DNA of 34,513 nt, from the sequence record SRR22947727_2971; one strand, written 5' to 3'. The number at the start of each line of letters is the position of its first letter. Within the stretch, counting starts at the first letter, position 1. This document shows positions 28,809-34,513 of this stretch, piece after piece. The position numbers and the translations under genes are program-made. The notes under the pieces were generated by a model. It did no database searches and was not told the DNA's origin. It worked only from the letters and a program-made list of their open reading frames with translations.

Positions 28809-30341
28809 TTAATGTTTAAAATGGCGGGTCCCAGTAAGTACCATGGCAATTTTATTTTCATTGCAATAATCTATACTCAATTGATCTTTGATAGATCCTC
28901 CTGGTTGAATCACACTGGTGATTCCGGCATTTCCTGCTATTTCCACACAGTCAGGAAAAGGGAAAAAAGCATCACTCGCCATAGCAGCTCCACTCAAGTC
29001 AAATGAAAAGCTATTGGCTTTGTGAATGGCTTGGTTTAAAGCGTCTACACGTGATGTTTGTCCTGTACCACTGGCACATAGTTGTTTGTTTTTTGCCAAA
29101 ACAATCGTATTTGATTTGGTATGCTTGCAAAGTTTAGAAGCAAATATTAAGTCTTCTAAGGCAGCTGCATCTGGTTGGGTCTCTGTGGCGTATTGCAAGT
29201 CTTTTGAGGCGTCAGTAATTCCATCTTTTTCTTGTAATAAGAAACCGTTTAGGCAAGTACGTAATTGCGTTTGTGGTAGGGCTACCTCATTTTGAATCAA
29301 TAAAATTCTATTCTTTTTCTCTTGCAGTAAAGCTTGTGCTTCTGGAGAGAATCCTGGTGCTATAACCACCTCACAAAATAAACTGTGAATCTCTGAAGCG
29401 GTATCTAGGTCTATAGGTCTGTTGGCGATTAGTACCCCTCCAAAGGCAGACACTGGATCTCCAGCAAGTGCATCTTTGTAAGCTGTAACTAATTGATCTC
29501 TTGTAGCTAGACCACAAGCGTTGTTGTGTTTTAAAATAGCAAATGTAGGACCATCTTCTTTAAATTCTCCCATTAGTTGAACCGCTGCGTCTACATCGAG
29601 CAGGTTATTATAAGAGAGTTCTTTACCGTGAAGTTTAGTGAACATGGCTTCAAAATCTCCGAAGAACACCCCTTTTTGGTGCGGATTTTCACCGTAGCGA
29701 AGCACCTGACCTTTGGTTTCAGAAATTTTTAATTTATCTATTTCGCTGCCTCCATTGAAATAATTGAAGATAGCTGTGTCATAATGAGAAGAGGTGTTAA
29801 AAGATCGGGTTGCAAAATCTTTTCGCTGTGCTAAAGTAGTGGCTCCGTCCTGTGTTTTTAATATTTCTAAGAAATCTGCATAGTCTGCCCTATCAGACAC
29901 GCATAAAACATCCTTGTAGTTTTTGGCAGCTGCTCTAATGAGCGAGATTCCGCCAATGTCTATTTTTTCAATAATATCTTGCTCACTCGCTCCGCTGGCT
30001 ACTGTTTTTTCGAAAGGGTATAAGTCTACAATGACAATGTCTAATTGAGGGATCTCAAATTCCTTTAACTGTGCTACATCTCCTTCATTGTCTTGTCTGT
30101 TTAAAATACCACCAAAAACTTTTGGGTGTAGTGTTTTAACACGGCCACCTAAAATAGAAGGATAGCTCGTTAAGTCTTCAACAGCAACCACAGGAATACC
30201 CATTTCTTTTATAAATGTTTCGGTTCCTCCAGTAGAATACAACACAACACCTTGGGCGTGAAGGGTCGCTACAATAGGACCTAGTCCATCTTTATGAAAT
30301 ACTGAAATTAGGGCTGCGGTGGCTTTTTTTGAACTACTCAT
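28809..30341 (-). CDS. purH: Bifunctional AICAR transformylase / IMP cyclohydrolase
   Basis: ALISV, STGGT, GRVKTLHP, IDIGG, RYGENPHQ, KHNNACG, ASDAFFPF, QPGGS, RHFKH. Confidence 0.98.
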   Translation of the reverse strand: MSSSKKATAALISVFHKDGLGPIVATLHAQGVVLYSTGGTETFIKEMGIPVVAVEDLTSYPSILGGRVKTLHPKVFGGILNRQDNEGDVAQLKEFEIPQLDIVIVDLYPFEKTVASGASEQDIIEKIDIGGISLIRAAAKNYKDVLCVSDRADYADFLEILKTQDGATTLAQRKDFATRSFNTSSHYDTAIFNYFNGGSEIDKLKISETKGQVLRYGENPHQKGVFFGDFEAMFTKLHGKELSYNNLLDVDAAVQLMGEFKEDGPTFAILKHNNACGLATRDQLVTAYKDALAGDPVSAFGGVLIANRPIDLDTASEIHSLFCEVVIAPGFSPEAQALLQEKKNRILLIQNEVALPQTQLRTCLNGFLLQEKDGITDASKDLQYATETQPDAAALEDLIFASKLCKHTKSNTIVLAKNKQLCASGTGQTSRVDALNQAIHKANSFSFDLSGAAMASDAFFPFPDCVEIAGNAGITSVIQPGGSIKDQLSIDYCNENKIAMVLTGTRHFKH

Positions 30342-30386
30342 GCGTTTGGAATTAAAAGGATATAAGAGGATTAATAAACAATATTT

Positions 30387-30836
30387 TTAAATAAATGAAG
30401 CAACTCCTTTACATACGTATTCTAGAAAGGTTTCGTCTTCTTTGGTAAATGGATCAATGGTTTCGGAATCAATATCTATTTGCCCAATATTTTTTCCATG
30501 AACAAAAATTGGCACTACAATTTCAGACTTTACAGAAATGCTGCAGGCTATATAATTGTCTTGAGCCTTTACATCTGGGACCACGAAATTTTTATTGCTT
30601 ACGGCTACTTGGCCACAGATGCCCTTACCAAAAGGGATTATCGTATGGTCTGTAGGAGCCCCTACGTAAGGACCCAACAAAAGTTCTTCTTTTTCGCCAT
30701 TTCTAAAATAAAATCCTACCCAATTGTAGTGTGGGATATTTTTTTCTAAAAGGGTACAGATGGTTTTTAACTTAGTTTCACTATCGTGAGTACAAGCAAA
30801 AATGCTGTCTAATTTAGGGTAGAGTGCGGTAAACAT
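30387..30836 (-). CDS. GAF-domain protein, free methionine-(R)-sulfoxide reductase (MsrC/fRMsr) family
   Basis: NWVGFY, LGPYVG, GKGICG, YIACS, SEIVVP, IDIDS. The ATG at 30836 is preferred over the GTG at 30848. Confidence 0.85.
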   Translation of the reverse strand: MFTALYPKLDSIFACTHDSETKLKTICTLLEKNIPHYNWVGFYFRNGEKEELLLGPYVGAPTDHTIIPFGKGICGQVAVSNKNFVVPDVKAQDNYIACSISVKSEIVVPIFVHGKNIGQIDIDSETIDPFTKEDETFLEYVCKGVASFI

Positions 30837-30898
30837 GTACTTAGTCACTTAAAATTGTATTTGTATATTACCCTATTTTAAGGGTTTTAATCAAAGAA

Positions 30899-30906
30899 CA
30901 AAAATA
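30899..30906 (-). promoter_or_regulatory. -7 element for the GAF-purH-mre run
   Basis: TATTTTTG on the minus strand, a perfect TAnnTTTG, back-to-back with the plus-strand element at 30930. Confidence 0.55.
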
Positions 30907-30929
30907 CGTTCTTTTTCTCGGTTTTTTTG

Positions 30930-30937
30930 TACTTTTG
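30930..30937 (+). promoter_or_regulatory. -7 element for the metal operon
   Basis: TACTTTTG, a perfect TAnnTTTG, ends 4 nt before the GTG at 30942. Confidence 0.65.
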
Positions 30938-30941
30938 TAAG

Positions 30942-31346
30942 GTGAAAAATAGACTTTCTATATTCATTTCTACCCTTTTGGGACTCTTGGTTTTAGGAGC
31001 GTCCACTTCATGGACTTTTGGGACCCATTATTGCGGGACTATAAAAGTAGATTCTGCTCTTTTTGGTACACCGGAAACTTGTGGTATGGAGATGGAAGAA
31101 GAAGGCGAATGGTCAAAGCCCTCTTGTTGTAATGAAATTGCAGAAGTGGTTGAACCAACGCCACTATTTAAACAGGCAGTTGAAGCTATTTTTATTCCTG
31201 TATTGGCAGACTTTGTTCCTCAAATTGACATTAAATATGAAGTTGTTTTTTGGATCAGGCCTTTAACAAAGGTGCTTTTATTTGAGCCACCTCCACCCAA
31301 GCAGGGTCACTCACTTTTCATACTTCACCAACAATTTTTAATCTAG
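30942..31346 (+). CDS. HYC_CC_PP family protein
   Basis: N-terminal hydrophobic helix, then HYCG, CGM, SCC, EPPPP and a hydrophobic tail LHQQFLI. Likely GTG start at 30942. Confidence 0.85.
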   Translation: MKNRLSIFISTLLGLLVLGASTSWTFGTHYCGTIKVDSALFGTPETCGMEMEEEGEWSKPSCCNEIAEVVEPTPLFKQAVEAIFIPVLADFVPQIDIKYEVVFWIRPLTKVLLFEPPPPKQGHSLFILHQQFLI

Positions 31347-31420
31347 ATCAGTTAGGCTTTTTTAAAATTTTCTCTTCCAAATGTTTTGGATGCAGCGCTA
31401 TTAATTTAAAAAAATCTACG

Positions 31421-32200
31421 ATGAAATATTGTATTAAATACCTCTACGCCCTAGGTATATTTGGGTGCTTTTCAGTCAGTCTTTTCGCTCAAGGACCCCC
31501 AATTACTTCAGACAAACCCATTATGTTGGGTGGTGGAAGTTTTACGGCCAAAACTTTAATTGAACACAGAAAAACCGCTATGGGGACCTTTAAATACACC
31601 CCTATAATGCTGCATTATCTGATCAGTTCAAATGCACTTGTAGCCATTCACATCCCTAAAGTTTCTTATGAGTTGGCAGACGGAACTTCTGGCCAGTCCC
31701 TGGCCGATGTCAAGCTCTTAGCCAAATATCAATTCCTCAGAATAGATGGAACAGGAAAGACCTTTAGAATGGTCGCCAAAACACTTCAGACGCTTCCAAC
31801 CGGAGAGGCACTAGGCGTCATGGAGCTCAGCAGTGGTTTGTACCAAGGGTATTACGGTTTTGTAGCAGGTTATGAAAGCCTTAAATACGGCATCTCATTT
31901 GAGCTGGGACTCAATCATATTCCCGAAGGAGATTTAGATTTTCTGCAGCACAAATTGGGATTTGGTTTGCCACTTCTTATGCCACAATACCCCAATAGAC
32001 AGATTAATTTATTTTTTGAGTATACCCAGCAGTGGTTGTGGGAGCAAAAGGGGTATCAGCTTTTGTATGCCCAAGGCATACAATACGCTAGAAAAAATAT
32101 CACCTTTGACTTGGCATATCAGCTTCCAATGATTAACGATATGCCTCAAAACATGACTTTTAACAGAAGCTTGTTCTTGGGAACTCGCTTTACTTTTTAA
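31421..32200 (+). CDS. Putative small outer-membrane beta-barrel (COG4313 / Phenol_MetA_deg-like)
   Basis: Signal peptide (..LFAQ), SLADVKLLAKYQF and TLPTG motifs, alternating strands, C-terminal beta-signal LGTRFTF. Confidence 0.6.
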   Translation: MKYCIKYLYALGIFGCFSVSLFAQGPPITSDKPIMLGGGSFTAKTLIEHRKTAMGTFKYTPIMLHYLISSNALVAIHIPKVSYELADGTSGQSLADVKLLAKYQFLRIDGTGKTFRMVAKTLQTLPTGEALGVMELSSGLYQGYYGFVAGYESLKYGISFELGLNHIPEGDLDFLQHKLGFGLPLLMPQYPNRQINLFFEYTQQWLWEQKGYQLLYAQGIQYARKNITFDLAYQLPMINDMPQNMTFNRSLFLGTRFTF

Positions 32201-32218
32201 CCTTTTAAAAACACCATT

Positions 32219-32851
32219 ATGAAAACAATAATTATATCAATTTTTAGCTTTTTAATGCTCGGTGGCTCCCTGGCATTTGCACAAAAGAGTATGGATGATT
32301 TTCAAGTACAAGTAGACGGTTTAGGCTGTCCTTTTTGCGCTTATGGCCTGGAGAAAAAATTCAAAGAATTCAAAGGAATTAAGGGAGTACAGATAGATAT
32401 TGAAACGGGAGATTTTAGTTTTCAATACCCTTCTGAAAAGTCACTTTCGTTAACTGCTGTAGTACAACAGGTAGAAAAAGCGGGTTACACACCTATGAAA
32501 ACAGTGATTACCAGAGCCAATGGACTGGTAGAGACAGATGCACCTTTAGCTGCTGTAGATCAAGGGGTTGCAGGAGTGGTGTCTAAAAAAATGTTTGTGG
32601 CCGGAAACTGTGAAATGTGTGAAGCGAGAATATTAAAGGCCACTTCTAGATTGCAAGGAGTTGCAGCTGCCGCTTGGGATGCCAAAACAAAAATGCTAGA
32701 CATTTCTTATGACGCAGCAGCTTTAGATTTAGCCTCTATTTCAAAAGCAATTGCAGCAGCAGGACATGACACCAAAGACCATAAAGCTAGTGAAAACACT
32801 TATGACGGATTGCCAATGTGTTGTAAATACGAACGAATAGAAGACAAATAG
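32219..32851 (+). CDS. Periplasmic protein with two heavy-metal-associated (HMA) domains
   Basis: Signal peptide (AFAQ), HMA1 VDGLGCPFCAYG..VEKAGY, HMA2 GNCEMC..IAAAGHD, tail LPMCCKYER. Confidence 0.9.
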   Translation: MKTIIISIFSFLMLGGSLAFAQKSMDDFQVQVDGLGCPFCAYGLEKKFKEFKGIKGVQIDIETGDFSFQYPSEKSLSLTAVVQQVEKAGYTPMKTVITRANGLVETDAPLAAVDQGVAGVVSKKMFVAGNCEMCEARILKATSRLQGVAAAAWDAKTKMLDISYDAAALDLASISKAIAAAGHDTKDHKASENTYDGLPMCCKYERIEDK

Positions 32852-32852
32852 T

Positions 32853-33689
32853 ATGAGACAGGTAAAATATATTTTTTCGATTGTTTTAGTGGCACTCATC
32901 ACTCTAGTGAGTTGTGAGCGCAAGACACCAGCTACCCAGCAATGGGTGTTGGAAGATTCCCTATCTCTTCCGGGGATTAATCCTATTGGTATTGGGGTCT
33001 TTGAGGACCAGTTTTGGCTCTCTGATGGAGACCACAATAGACTGATTGCTGTAAATAGTTTAGGGCAAGTTCAAGACAGTATATTGGGATTGGACAGACC
33101 CATGCATATAGATGCGAATGCGCAAGGATTGTGGGTGCCACAATATGGATCTGACACCATTGCACAGTTTAAGCTACCTTCAAAGTCTCCGCTGCCTCTA
33201 ATTTTAAAGGACTCCTTAGATGCACCTGCATCCATTGCTGTTTTTGGAGAAGAGCGCGCTATTGCAGATTTCTACAACCATAGGATTTTGTACTTTAATG
33301 GAGCAGACTGGATTTCTATAGGTACCGAAGGAAAAGACGCTGGACAGTTTTATTACCCTACAGATGTTCAGATTACGGACCAAAATATTTGGGTGGCAGA
33401 CGCCTATAATAATAGAATTCAGTTGTTCGACAAGCGTGGTACTTTTGTGAGAATGATTGGAGTGGATCAGAAAATGAATGCTGCTACGGGTTTATACGTG
33501 AGCGAAACGCAGGTTTTTGTAACAGATTTTGAGAACCATAGGTTGTTGGTGTTTTTTAAAGACGGACAATTGGCTCAAATCATTGAGACTGGATTGGAAA
33601 AGCCTATAGACGCTATCATTTATAAGGAAAAACTGTATGTGATAGATTATAAAAAACAGCAAATGAACCGTTATTATTTTGACAATTAA
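32853..33689 (+). CDS. NHL-repeat beta-propeller lipoprotein
   Basis: Lipobox LVSC; repeats LSDGDHNRL, IADFYNHRI, GQFYYPTDV..WVADAYNNRIQLFD, FVTDFENHRL. Confidence 0.85.
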   Translation: MRQVKYIFSIVLVALITLVSCERKTPATQQWVLEDSLSLPGINPIGIGVFEDQFWLSDGDHNRLIAVNSLGQVQDSILGLDRPMHIDANAQGLWVPQYGSDTIAQFKLPSKSPLPLILKDSLDAPASIAVFGEERAIADFYNHRILYFNGADWISIGTEGKDAGQFYYPTDVQITDQNIWVADAYNNRIQLFDKRGTFVRMIGVDQKMNAATGLYVSETQVFVTDFENHRLLVFFKDGQLAQIIETGLEKPIDAIIYKEKLYVIDYKKQQMNRYYFDN

Positions 33690-34459
33690 TGGATGCAACA
33701 ACAATTTATAGTGTAGCAGGAATGACTTGCATGGGCTGTGTAGCACATGTTAAAAAGACCATTGAAGCCATGGATGGGGTGTCGCATGTCATAGTAGATT
33801 TAACTTTGAATCGTGCTTTTATTCAAGCCAAGCTGCGCCCTAAAGCAGCCGATATTCAAAAATTATTAGGAGAGAAATATCGTGTTGAAACGTTGGAGCA
33901 AGATAAAATTACGGTTCCTGTTTCTGAGGTAGATCACCACAATAACAGCGACCATTTAAATGTTGTTGATTCTCCTTGGAAGCAGCTTAAGCCCCTCTAT
34001 TTAATCTTTGGATTTTTGATTGGCGGCGTTTTTCTAGCCTATTTTGCAGACATTCGCGAATTGGGCTTTGCCTTATTGTGGTCTGAAATGATGTTGGATT
34101 TTATGGCTTTATTTTACTTGGTGTTCGCCTTTTTTAAATTATTGGATTTAAAGGGCTTTCCAGCAAGTTTTGCCATGTACGATCCTATTGCCAAGCGGCT
34201 TTCTTTTTATGGAAAAATATATCCTTTTATAGAGCTGGCATTGGGGGTGTTGCTTTTAATGAGAATAGGGGTGTTCCAAGTATTGGTCATTACTTTAATT
34301 ATTTTAGGGGCCACTACGATTGGGGTGGTACAATCTCTTTTAAGTAAGCAGCAAATCCAATGTGCTTGCTTGGGAACTGCGTTGAAGCTACCCATGACAC
34401 AGGCTACTTTTATTGAAAATGCAATAATGATTGCTATGGCCTTGGCCATGCTTGTTTAG
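33689..34459 (+). CDS. HMA domain fused to a MauE/DoxX-like membrane domain
   Basis: N-terminal GMTCMGC, His-containing linker, FFKLLDLKGF..FAMYD, YPFIEL, QCACLG. TAATG overlap with the NHL gene. Confidence 0.85.
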   Translation: MDATTIYSVAGMTCMGCVAHVKKTIEAMDGVSHVIVDLTLNRAFIQAKLRPKAADIQKLLGEKYRVETLEQDKITVPVSEVDHHNNSDHLNVVDSPWKQLKPLYLIFGFLIGGVFLAYFADIRELGFALLWSEMMLDFMALFYLVFAFFKLLDLKGFPASFAMYDPIAKRLSFYGKIYPFIELALGVLLLMRIGVFQVLVITLIILGATTIGVVQSLLSKQQIQCACLGTALKLPMTQATFIENAIMIAMALAMLV

Positions 34460-34482
34460 CGTATTCTCTGATTTTTTAAAAT

Positions 34483-34513
34483 AAAAAACCCCCTTTGGAC
34501 GTCCAAAGGGGGT
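34483..34513. terminator. Intrinsic terminator-like palindrome closing the metal operon
   Basis: A-run followed by the perfect 26-bp palindrome ACCCCCTTTGGAC-GTCCAAAGGGGGT (34488..34513). Any U-tract lies beyond the window edge. Confidence 0.75.

Noticed and set aside
30870-30885. ACCCT-ATTTTA-AGGGT inverted repeat upstream of the GAF gene as an operator
   Set aside because: Only 5-bp arms, no second copy seen and no regulator nearby; cannot be supported.
31063-31266. 67-aa alternative-frame ORF inside the HYC_CC_PP gene
   Set aside because: Non-ATG start and no motif; the main frame carries all the family signatures.
30942-34459. Classical mer or cop resistance operon
   Set aside because: No merA, merR, merT, P1B-ATPase, multicopper oxidase or RND genes lie between the promoter and the terminator.
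1-34513. Linear replicon with hairpin telomeres, suggested by the terminal palindromes
   Set aside because: Content is core chromosomal housekeeping, there is no protelomerase or replication gene, the two palindromes are unrelated, and both sit where terminators are expected.

Overview
AT-rich, densely coded chromosomal segment from a Bacteroidota, most likely a Flavobacteriaceae member. The assignment rests on TAnnTTTG promoters, no evident Shine-Dalgarno motifs, and Bacteroidota-type gene families and gene order. Left to right: tRNA-Phe(GAA); an envelope-biogenesis operon (coaX, FadL-like barrel, periplasmic TPR protein, lptC, small membrane protein, CNNM/CorC protein, ppiD); mevalonate-pathway genes (GYDIA-family GHMP kinase, class II HMG-CoA reductase); DPP-IV plus a POT peptide transporter; a comEC broken by one in-frame TGA; surE-small membrane protein-lpxB; prc/tsp; a long minus-strand run (GAF/fRMsr, purH, mreBCD, mrdA, rodA, msrA, selO); and a five-gene putative metal-handling operon (HYC_CC_PP leader, COG4313-like barrel, periplasmic di-HMA protein, NHL lipoprotein, HMA-MauE membrane protein). 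That operon has no ATPase, TonB-dependent receptor, RND pump or regulator. The most interesting signals are this operon with its possible ribosome-stalling leader, a terminator-like hairpin inside the lptC signal-peptide codons, and the comEC nonsense codon. No mobile elements, CRISPR arrays or rRNA were seen. All calls come from motif recognition by eye; no searches were run.
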